NCBI GenBank assembly: GCA_964016885.1
Contig: OZ024742.1
Span: 376,650,001-376,714,000, forward strand
DNA: 64,000 bases
From: Eledone cirrhosa
Lineage: Eukaryota
Direction: 5' to 3'
The notes under the pieces: model-generated
Told to the model about the DNA's origin: nothing
The model's database searches: none
Seen by the model: the letters and a program-made list of their open reading frames with translations, nothing else
Shown: piece after piece, positions 55,163-64,000 of the stretch
How positions within the stretch are numbered: position 1 is the stretch's first letter
Layout of the letters: every line of letters starts with the position of its first letter
Position numbers and translations under genes: made by a program

Positions 55163-55416
55163 TACCCACTCTACTACCTCAAGTATTGAGTACTTTGGTG
55201 CGTTATGGTCCACCTGGTTCCTTACCACATTTCCTTCGTTATATATATATATATATCTATATATATATACGTATTTAAGAAAGCCACAACAATGCAAAGG
55301 GAAATCTCGAGGTAGGAAGTGAAATATAGATAGGAAAAACAGGTGAAAGTGAAAATTGAGAGAGACAAAGATGAAAACAAAACAAAGGTAGAAGGGTTAC
55401 CGTAGTAGAGATTTAG

Positions 55417-55452
55417 TCCCAATATTTCGGGCTCACGCCCATCAACGGGGGA
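55417..55452 (-). ncRNA. Minimal hammerhead-like motif, copy in the inverted pLTR
   Basis: Exact reverse complement of 58942-58977. Confidence 0.5.
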
Positions 55453-56545
55453 AAAAGTTCCAAAAGGGGGGAAAAAGTTCCAAAAGGGGGGAAACAGGCC
55501 AAGCGGAGAAAGTTGTGATGTCGTTAAGACAGGAATGCCGTTATGGGGAGAAAAATATTTAAAATTTAAACGAGGGAAAGAATGCGCGTGCGCGTGATAG
55601 GCTGTGGCAAAAGCTACTGACCAAATGGGTTAAATCAAGAGGGTGCGTTAGCGTGTGAAAGCCGTAAGATATGTGTATGTAAATATATGTGTGTGTAACT
55701 GTGTGTGTATAAGTGTAAGTGTGTATATGTGTGAGTGTGTGTGTGTGTGAAAGATAGTGGGCTGTAGAAGTTGGAAATCAAAGGGTGTGAAAGGTGGTAG
55801 GTTGTAAAATATGTGTGCATGTATAAATATAGATGTGTGTGTGTAAGCGTATGGGTATACATGTGTGTGTAACTGTGTGTGTATATGTGTGAGTGCGTTT
55901 GTGTGTGAAAGATAGTGGGCTGTAGAAGCTGGAAATCAAAGGGTGTGAAAGGTGGTAGGTTGTAAAAACATGTGTGCGTGTATAAATATAGATGTGTGTG
56001 TGTATGCGTATGGGTATGCATATACGTGCGTGTGTGTGAAGATAGCAGGCCGTAGGCTGTGAATGGTCATTATGGTTAAGTTAGCCATGTCAGCTCATTT
56101 CTCTCAGCCCGGTTGTTAAGTGGGGGTCTGAGGTTCTTAATAACAAGTGCTTCCTTTATCCTTAAGGATCCGATGCTGCGTTCAGTCGCTAGGACTGTGA
56201 CCAAGGGTCTACCCTGTGGGTTTCCGCATTTAAGGATATGTTTACGGAAGGAAGATGCGTTGGTGTTGATATGTTCCTTGATACGAACATGTAGGGGTCG
56301 GATGGTGCTACCTATGTAAAACTTGTTACATTTATCGCATTGAATCTTATATACGACATAGGTGCGTAGACTGAAACTCGACATCGAAACCAACTTCTGT
56401 CGGACAGCTTATCAACTGAAATGGCTAACCGCCATCCAAAACAACACCGATATCGATTACAACCCCACAACCCACCCCACACTCCCCACGTATCACCTCG
56501 ACAACCCACTCCACCAACCACGAACTTGACACTAAACTACTCAGG

Positions 56546-58336
56546 TTGAAACATTCTATCTCTAACATCCTTTCCCAACACACACACACACACAATAAAC
56601 GCAACCTCACCAATGCACAATTTAATACTCTCACCAACCTAAGATCCAGGAACCTTGTGTACCTTCCCTCTGACAAGGGGAAAGAATTCTGTGTCATCTC
56701 GAGAGAGACCTACAACAACTTAGCTCTCCAACATCTTAATGACCACAGCCTCTACTCGAAAGTCACAGGGACCTCCCCGACTCTAATCGAGGAAGGCATT
56801 AACACCATATGGACTAACATCTGTGTCCAACGAAAACTGCCAAAGAAGGTAAAAAACAACATAATGACTCGAAACAGCAAATTACCCACCTTCTACCACC
56901 TGGTCAAAACACATAAACAAGGACCCGATTTGAAAATCAGCCCCATTGTCTCTAGCGTGGAGGGCCCACTCTACAAAATATCGTGGCTGCTCTCCACACT
57001 ACTGAAACCTATTCTACACACACTACCAGCCCACGTCTGCAGCTCAAAGGAAGTCTTGGAGCGACTACACCATCTGGCGCCCAACACCAGAAAGGACAAC
57101 GGTTATGCCTTCAGTCTTGATGTGGTCGCCCTTTATACCTCCGTACCAGCATCCCCAGCTGTCGACCTGTTGACCGAACGAGTCCGAGCATCTAACTTAC
57201 ACTGCTTCGGACTCACACACACGGACATCCACCAACTCCTCTCCTTCGTTGTGGATAATGCACTCTTCAATTTCCTCGGCCACACGTACAAACAAATCTC
57301 TGGGCTACCTATGGGCTCTAGTCTGTCCGGCATACTTGCGATCTCGTACATGGACCACCTGGAACGCAAGGCACTCAATACCTGCCAACCCAACGCCGTT
57401 GCCTTCTACTCCAGATACGTTGATGATATCCTGATACTTACTTCTTCCCGGGAGATGGCGAATGAAATTCACCAAATCTTCAACGATACGGACCAGCACA
57501 TCGATTTCACGATCGAACACCCAGGAGAAGACGGGTCACTCGCCCTCCTCGACTTCCGTATCAACATCTCGGAAGAAGGAGACATAAACACCACCTTCTA
57601 CCGCAAAGCAGCGTGCAAGGACTTATTTGTGCATTATAACTCAGCCCTCCCCAACAACGCTAAGAGAGGCTATGTCCTAAATGAACTGACACGGATCACT
57701 AACAGATGCAGCGACCCGATGGGTGGTCTCACCCATACCACGCAATTCCGTAATCTACTCAGATCTAATGGTTATCCCAAGCGACTGATTAACGGAATTA
57801 GAGACCCCAGACCCAGTAGACTGACACCCACTAGAAAACTTAATATTAGCAGGTGCTTCTTTAAAATCCCCCACCTGAGTGAATATACCACGAACGCCAT
57901 CCGCAGGGCCATACGGACGGAGGGACTTGACATACATTTGGCCCACACAGGACCTTCGCTGCGAAGATGCCTCTCCAACAAACCCTACGAGGCAGATGGG
58001 ACATGTTCCCTCAGCAACTGCCCGATACGGGGGGCAGATTGCCTACGCACCTATGTCGTATATAAGATTCAATGCGATAAATGTAACAAGTTTTACATAG
58101 GTAGCACCATCCGACCCCTACATGTTCGTATCAAGGAACATATCAACACCAACGCATCTTCCTTCCGTAAACATATCCTTAAATGCGGAAACCCACAGGG
58201 TAGACCCTTGGTCACAGTCCTAGCGACTGAACGCAGCATCGGATCCTTAAGGATAAAGGAAGCACTTGTTATTAAGAACCTCAGACCCCCACTTAACAAC
58301 CGGGCTGAGAGAAATGAGCTGACATGGCTAACTTAA
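56546..58336 (+). CDS. Penelope-like RT + C-terminal GIY-YIG endonuclease (N-terminus truncated/frameshifted)
   Basis: PSDKG, FYHLVKTHK, FSLDVVALYTSVP, YKQISGLPMGSSLSGILA, SRYVDDIL, LLDF, and VVYKIQCDKCNKFYIGST..RIKEH..KHI..EALVIK..LNN. The TTG start is nominal. Confidence 0.93.
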   Translation: MKHSISNILSQHTHTHNKRNLTNAQFNTLTNLRSRNLVYLPSDKGKEFCVISRETYNNLALQHLNDHSLYSKVTGTSPTLIEEGINTIWTNICVQRKLPKKVKNNIMTRNSKLPTFYHLVKTHKQGPDLKISPIVSSVEGPLYKISWLLSTLLKPILHTLPAHVCSSKEVLERLHHLAPNTRKDNGYAFSLDVVALYTSVPASPAVDLLTERVRASNLHCFGLTHTDIHQLLSFVVDNALFNFLGHTYKQISGLPMGSSLSGILAISYMDHLERKALNTCQPNAVAFYSRYVDDILILTSSREMANEIHQIFNDTDQHIDFTIEHPGEDGSLALLDFRINISEEGDINTTFYRKAACKDLFVHYNSALPNNAKRGYVLNELTRITNRCSDPMGGLTHTTQFRNLLRSNGYPKRLINGIRDPRPSRLTPTRKLNISRCFFKIPHLSEYTTNAIRRAIRTEGLDIHLAHTGPSLRRCLSNKPYEADGTCSLSNCPIRGADCLRTYVVYKIQCDKCNKFYIGSTIRPLHVRIKEHINTNASSFRKHILKCGNPQGRPLVTVLATERSIGSLRIKEALVIKNLRPPLNNRAERNELTWLT

Positions 58337-58363
58337 CCATAATGACCATTCACAGCCTACGGC

Positions 58364-58745
58364 CTGCTATCTTCACACACACGCACGTATATGCATACCC
58401 ATACGCATACACACACACATCTATATTTATACACGCACACATGTTTTTACAACCTACCACCTTTCACACCCTTTGATTTCCAGCTTCTACAGCCCACTAT
58501 CTTTCACACACAAACGCACTCACACATATACACACACAGTTACACACACATGTATACCCATACGCTTACACACACACATCTATATTTATACACGCACACA
58601 TATTTTACAACCTACCACCTTTCACACCCTTTGATTTCCAACTTCTACAGCCCACTATCTTTCACACACACACACACTCACACATATACACACTTACACT
58701 TATACACACACAGTTACACACACATATATATTTACATACACATAT
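58364..58745 (+). repeat. ~158-bp CA-rich tandem duplication in the Penelope 3' UTR
   Basis: AACCTACCACCTTTCACACCCTTTGATTTCCA at 58451 and 58609; mirrored in the inverted copy. Confidence 0.85.
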
Positions 58746-58941
58746 CTTACGGCTTTCACACGCTAACGCACCCTCTTGATTTAACCCATTTGGTCAGTAG
58801 CTTTTGCCACAGCCTATCACGCGCACGCGCATTCTTTCCCTCGTTTAAATTTTAAATATTTTTCTCCCCATAACGGCATTCCTGTCTTAACGACATCACA
58901 ACTTTCTCCGCTTGGCCTGTTTCCCCCCTTTTGGAACTTTT

Positions 58942-58977
58942 TCCCCCGTTGATGGGCGTGAGCCCGAAATATTGGGA
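58942..58977 (+). ncRNA. Minimal type I hammerhead-like motif with variant core
   Basis: UCCC-CCGUUGAU-GGGC-GUGA-GCCC-GAAA-UA-UU-GGGA: stem I UCCC/GGGA, stem II with GNRA loop, palindromic AAUAUU stem III. Confidence 0.5.
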
Positions 58978-59168
58978 TTAAATCTCTACTACGGTAACCC
59001 TTCTACCTTTGTTTTGTTTTCATCTTTGTCTCTCTCAATTTTCACTTTCACCTGTTTTTCCTATCTATATTTCACTTCCTACCTCGAGATTTCCCTTTGC
59101 ATTGTTGTGGCTTTCTTAAATACGTATTTTTACACATTTCACAATGCTTCAAGCAAACTTTAACACCC

Positions 59169-59225
<57 letters not shown>

Positions 59226-59368
59226 TATATACATGTCAGCATGTGTGTGTATATATGTATATATACATGTATGCATGTGTATGTATGTATATATATATAC
59301 ATGTATGCATGTGTATGTACATATATATATGTATATGTGTATATACATGGGTGCAGGTGTGTGTATAT

Positions 59369-59711
59369 GCGCAGGGACATAGAAATAGTCGGGCTAGATA
59401 CCCGATCGCGCGGTTAAACCACTGGGAGTGAAGGACCCCTAGCCTTTGTCAGGGCATTCTTCTAGGAGAAAGCAACTCAAGAAACTGGGATAACTCCGAT
59501 ATAAAACCTGCGGCTCAGTAGTTATCGATGATGTTGATCTTTTCTTCTTTTCGGGTTATAGCTACTGTCGCTCAGAGAGTGGGATTGGCTCAGTGCACAG
59601 TCTTTCCTCACTTTAAAAAATATCTTCACGTACAGGCATTGCACGATGGAATTAACTAATAATGGTATATCATGCAATGGCCATACTCGATAACGAGGGG
59701 GCAGCCATCAT
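59369..59711 (+). mobile_element. 3' segment of a probable non-autonomous RTE-derived element sharing the LINE 3' tail
   Basis: Non-coding. Ends GCAATGGCCATACTCGATAACGAGGGGGCAGCCATCAT, as at 50074 and 54896. 59420-59457 matches the reverse complement of 48841-48880. Confidence 0.65.
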
Positions 59712-59818
59712 GTATGTATGTATGTATCTATGTATGTGTGTATGTATAATTCTATAAATGTATCTATACAGTAATATTATTTCCTTAGCTGACTTAATCA
59801 TTATATTCCCTCTACCAG

Positions 59819-59969
59819 AGTCTGCAGGCTTCGTGGAAACGAATTCAAAGATCTAAGCGTGTTATTGTCCATATGCCATCTTTAGGTTATCCGGAATATA
59901 TCAGAAAGGGTATAAATTTCCTCAATCTTCAGGAGAATAATCAAATAGGTAGAATATGTGAAATTGCAG
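59819..59969 (+). CDS. IQCH: IQCH-like internal exon
   Basis: CTACCAG acceptor and CAG|GTGAGT donor; 151 nt encoding SLQASWKRIQRSKRVIVHMPSLGYPEYIRKGINFLNLQENNQIGRICEIA. Phase 0 with the previous exon. Resembles the IQCH RRTIIHIPSLGY..QLGRLCDI block (recalled). Confidence 0.92.
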
Positions 59970-60028
59970 GTGAGTTTCGCATGACATGAATAACTTTGTC
60001 ATTAATATTGTCTTACCAGGTACTAACA

Positions 60029-60668
60029 TGATGATGGTGATGGTGGTGTTGGTGATGGTGGTGGTGGTGATGGTGGAGGTGGTGATGATAGTGGTGGTGG
60101 TGGTAGTCGTGGTGGTGGTGATGGTGGTGGTGGTGATGATAGTGGTGGTGGTGATGATAGTTGTGGTGGTAGTGGTGGTGATGGTGGTGATGGTGGTGGT
60201 GGTAATGATAGTGGTGGTGGTAGTGGTGGTGGTGGTGGTGATGGTGGTGGTGATGATGGTGGTGTTGGTGATGGTGGTGGTGATGCTGGTGATGGTGGTG
60301 GTGATGGTGGTGATGGTGGTGGTGGTAGTGGTGGTGGTGGTAGTGGTGATGGTGGAGGTGGTGATGATAGTGGGGTGCTAGTCGTGGTGGTGGTAGTGGT
60401 GGTGATGGTGGTGGTGGTGGTGATGGTGGTGGTAGTGATGATGGTGGTGGTGATGGTGGTGATGGTGGTGGTGATGGTGGTGGTGGTGGTGATGGTGGTG
60501 ATGGTGGTGGTGGTGGTGGTGGTGGTGGTGGTGGTGATAGTAGTGGTGGTGGTAGTGGTGGTGGTGATGATAGTAGTGGTGGTGGTAGTGGTGGTGGTGG
60601 TGGTGGTGGTATTGGTGGTGGTGGTGGTGGTAGTGGTGTTGGTACTGGTGGTGGTGGTGGTGGTGGTA
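60029..60668 (+). repeat. (GGT/GAT/AGT)n trinucleotide low-complexity tract
   Basis: Read directly from the sequence. Confidence 0.97.
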
Positions 60669-60727
60669 TTCTTCGTCTTCTCCTCCTCCCCCTTCTCTCC
60701 TCTGCCACCTCCTCCTTCTTCTTCTCG

Positions 60728-60935
60728 GTGGATTGGCAGTATCAATAGAGGGTCGTACACCATACTTTGAAGCATAGAGTTACCTCCCTTTATGGTCTGA
60801 GTTCAAATCCCACTGAGGTTAACTTTGCCTTTCATCCTAACGGGGTTGATAAAATAAAGTACCAGTCACGCACTGGGGTCGATTTAATCGACTTTCCCCT
60901 CCCTCAAAATTGCTGGCCTTGTGCCTATATAAAAA
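60728..60935 (+). mobile_element. tRNA-related SINE, same family as 47356-47662
   Basis: GGTGGATTGGCAGTATC..GAGTTCAAATCCCACTGAGGTTAACTTTGCCTTTCATCC..ATAAAGTACCAG..ATTGCTGGCCTTGTG. Confidence 0.78.
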
Positions 60936-61247
60936 ACGAAGGTCATGGATGTTATCCACCTATCTTGCTCAGGGTCTACTCCTGGGTCTTCTGCCAGTTG
61001 GTTTTGCCTGTAAAATCTGTCCAGTGATTCTTTCGTGAGACATTCTAACAACATATCGACAGTATTGCAGCTGGGTTCTCTCAATTCAGAGAAGTACTGT
61101 GACTCATCATTACTTTATGAGAGTATTATGCAGTAATCCTATTGATTAAGTAGTTAGATTGTGTCCAATTAAGTAATGTACTTTTCCTGAAGACCTCCAG
61201 ATAAGTTTAGATAATGAGGTATTTAGCTAATATAACGTTCTCCCTAC

Positions 61248-61474
61248 TTAACCCTTTAGTATTTACATTATTCAATATATACTATTGTATTTTCATAGTA
61301 AACACTTTATTTCACATAATATCTCACTTAATATTGAATCTAAGAGATTTTGATGTTATTTATTTTAAGAACAATACCTTAATATCAGTATGAGTGGCTA
61401 GCTACGGCCAGTTTGAAGAGAAAGAGGTGAGAGAATTCTGGCCTGATATGGCTGGTTAAGTGCTAAAGAGTTAA
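61248..61474. mobile_element. TTAA/piggyBac-type MITE
   Basis: TTAA-CCCTTTAGTATTTA ... TAAGTGCTAAAGAG-TTAA: imperfect TIRs with a TTAA target duplication. Confidence 0.75.
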
Positions 61475-61636
61475 ACTTCCTGCTGATTCACCTTCAACAA
61501 TATATTTCCTGCTGTGTTAGCTGCAATAGACGGACATCTTAAGGTTTATTTCTCAATTGTTCAATGAAATGAAACCAGGATCTTTGGGGAAACTTGTCCA
61601 TATTTAACATTTCTGGAACATTAAAACATTGGATAC

Positions 61637-62068
61637 ATCATCATCATTGTTATCACCATTACCATCACCATCATCATCATCATTGTTATCACCATTACCA
61701 TCACCATCATCATCATCATTGTTATCACCATTACCATCACCATCATCATCATCATTGTTATCACCATTACCATCACCATCATCATCATCATTGTTATCAC
61801 CATTACCATCACCATCATCATCATCATTGTTATCACCATTACCATCACCATCATCATCATCATTGTTATCACCATTACCATCACCATCATCATCATCATT
61901 GTTATCACCATTACCATCACCATCATCATCACAGTCACCACTATCATCATCGTCATCATCATTGTTATCATCAACAGCAACAGCTTCATCATCATCACCC
62001 CACACCACTACCATCATCATCACCATCACCACCACCATCATCATCTCCACCATCTCCATCACCACCAT
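61637..62068 (+). repeat. (CAT/CAC)n tract with a 36-bp higher-order unit, ~8 copies
   Basis: CATCATCATCATCATTGTTATCACCATTACCATCAC repeated over 61637-61930, then degenerate. Confidence 0.95.
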
Positions 62069-62209
62069 TAACTCTTAACATCCTGTACCACATGAAACCA
62101 CATTAGCATGACATTCTGGAAAAGTAGAAAGTAACACTATGACAGCATCACATTAGAACTTAGTCTTTACTTTAGTTTATGGCAGATCTTCACAGTAGTT
62201 TCTCTTCTA

Positions 62210-64000
62210 GTAAAGTGGTTGTGTAGGTGACATGACAGAAAGCACGCAGCACACACTGTAAATGTGGTTGTGTAGGTGTCATGACAAAAAAGCACCCAGC
62301 ACACACTGTAAATGTGGTTGTGTAGGTGCCATGACAAAAAGCACCCAGCACACACTGTAAATGTGGTTGTGTAGGTGTCATGACAAAAAGCACCCAGCAC
62401 ACACTGTAAATGTGGTTGTGTAGGTGCCATGACAAAAAGCACCCAGCACACACTGTAAATGTGGTTGTGTAGGTGTCATGACAAAAAAGCACCCAGCACA
62501 CACTGTAAATGTGGTTGTGTAGGTGTCATGACAAAAAAGCACCCAGCACACACTGTAAATGTGGTTGTGTAGGTGTCATGACAAAAAAGCACCCAGCACA
62601 CACTGTAAATGTGGTTGTGTAGGTGCCATGACAAAAAGCACCCAGCACACACTGTAAATGTGGTTGTGTAGGTGTCATGACAAAAAGCACCCAGCACACA
62701 CTGTAAATGTGGTTGTGTAGGTGCCATGACAAAAAGCACCCAGCACACACTGTAAATGTGGTTGTGTAGGTGTCATGACAAAAAAGCACCCAGCACACAC
62801 TGTAAATGTGGTTGTGTAGGTGTCATGACAAAAAAGCACCCAGCACACACTGTAAATGTGGTTGTGTAGGTGTCATGACAAAAAAGCACCCAGCACACAC
62901 TGTAAATGTGGTTGTGTAGGTGCCATGACAAAAAGCACCCAGCACACACTGTAAATGTGGTTGTGTAGGTGTCATGACAAAAAAGCACCCAGCACACACT
63001 GTAAATGTGGTTGTGTAGGTGCCATGACAAAAAGCACCCAGCACACACTGTAAATGTGGTTGTGTAGATGCCATGACAAAAAGCACCCAGCACACACTGT
63101 AAATGTGGTTGTGTAGGTGTCATGACAAAAAAGCACCCAGCCCACACTGTAAATGTGGTTGTGTAGGTGTCATGACAAAAAAGCACCCAGCCCACACTGT
63201 AAATGTGGTTGTGTAGGTGCCATGACAAAAAGCACCCAGCCCACACTGTAAATGTGGTTGTGTAGGTGCCATGACAAAAAGCACCCAGCACACACTGTAA
63301 ATGTGGTTGTGTAGGTGTCATGACAAAAAAGCACCCAGCACACACTGTAAATGTGGTTGTGTAGGTGCCATGACAAAAAGCACCCAGCACACACTGTAAA
63401 TGTGGTTGTGTAGGTGTCATGACAAAAAGCACCCAGCCCACACTGTAAATGTGGTTGTGTAGGTGCCATGACAAAAAGCACGCAGCACACACTGTAAATG
63501 TGGTTGTGTAGGTGTCATGACAAAAAAGCACCCAGCACACACTGTAAATGTGGTTGTGTAGGTGTCATGACAAAAAAGCACCCAGCCCACACTGTAAATG
63601 TGGTTGTGTAGGTGCCATGACAAAAAGCACCCAGCCCACACTGTAAATGTGGTTGTGTAGGTGCCATGACAAAAAGCACCCAGCCCACACTGTAAATGTG
63701 GTTGTGTAGGTGCCATGACAAAAAGCACGCAGCACACACTGTAAATGTGGTTGTGTAGGTGTCATGACAAAAAAGCACCCAGCACACACTGTAAATGTGG
63801 TTGTGTAGGTGCCATGACAAAAAGCACCCAGCACACACTGTAAATGTGGTTGTGTAGGTATCATGACAAAAAGCACCCAGCACACACTGTAAATGTGGTT
63901 GTGTAGGTGTCATGACAAAAAAGCACCCAGCCCACACTGTAAATGTGGTTGTGTAGGTGTCATGACAAAAAAGCACCCAGCACACACTGTAAATGTGGTT
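62210..64000 (+). repeat. 49/50-bp minisatellite (runs off the right edge)
   Basis: Unit CTGTAAATGTGGTTGTGTAGGTG(C/T)CATGAC(A5-6)GCACCCAGC(A/C)CACA. Confidence 0.99.

Larger units (their letters stand above)
55267..59174 (+). mobile_element. Penelope-like retroelement, 5'-truncated, with inverted upstream pseudo-LTR and 3' tail
   Basis: 55267-56369 is the near-identical reverse complement of 58043-59127. The RT + GIY-YIG ORF lies between and overlaps the right copy. A 47-nt tail (59128-59174) occurs only at the 3' copy. Flanked by (TA)n. Confidence 0.95.

Noticed and set aside
56076-56393. Stand-alone GIY-YIG gene on the - strand
   Set aside because: It is the inverted pLTR copy of the Penelope ORF end; its start comes from the inversion junction.
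59986-62106. Poly-Val/Pro/Thr/His/Asp ORFs
   Set aside because: Trinucleotide repeats that are open in several frames on both strands, with no splice or homology support.
62167-63985. Repetitive Cys/His ORFs on the - strand
   Set aside because: These are translations of the 49/50-bp satellite, with the frame changing by A-run length.

Overview
Eukaryotic, repeat-rich DNA. The SINE/LINE types suggest an octopod cephalopod (inference). Bases 1-44327 are one uninterrupted 43/49-bp minisatellite, and a related 49/50-bp minisatellite fills ~62210-64000. Between them lie four + strand coding exons of an IQCH-like gene (45791-45868, 46210-46318, 48277-48504, 59819-59969), mostly missed by the ORF track, so both arrays appear intronic and in the sense orientation. 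The introns hold nested retroelements: RTE LINE 3' ends, a C2H2-rich RTE, an R4-like REL element split by a CR1-like LINE, SINEs, TTAA MITEs, and a young Penelope-like element (RT + GIY-YIG) with a 1.1-kb inverted pseudo-LTR. Main leads: (i) both satellites match a 49-bp tandem unit in an RTE 3' UTR present in the window; (ii) the Penelope pLTRs contain a minimal hammerhead-like fold with a non-canonical core; (iii) a 113-bp perfect palindrome appears built on half of a second hammerhead. All calls were made by eye, without database searches.
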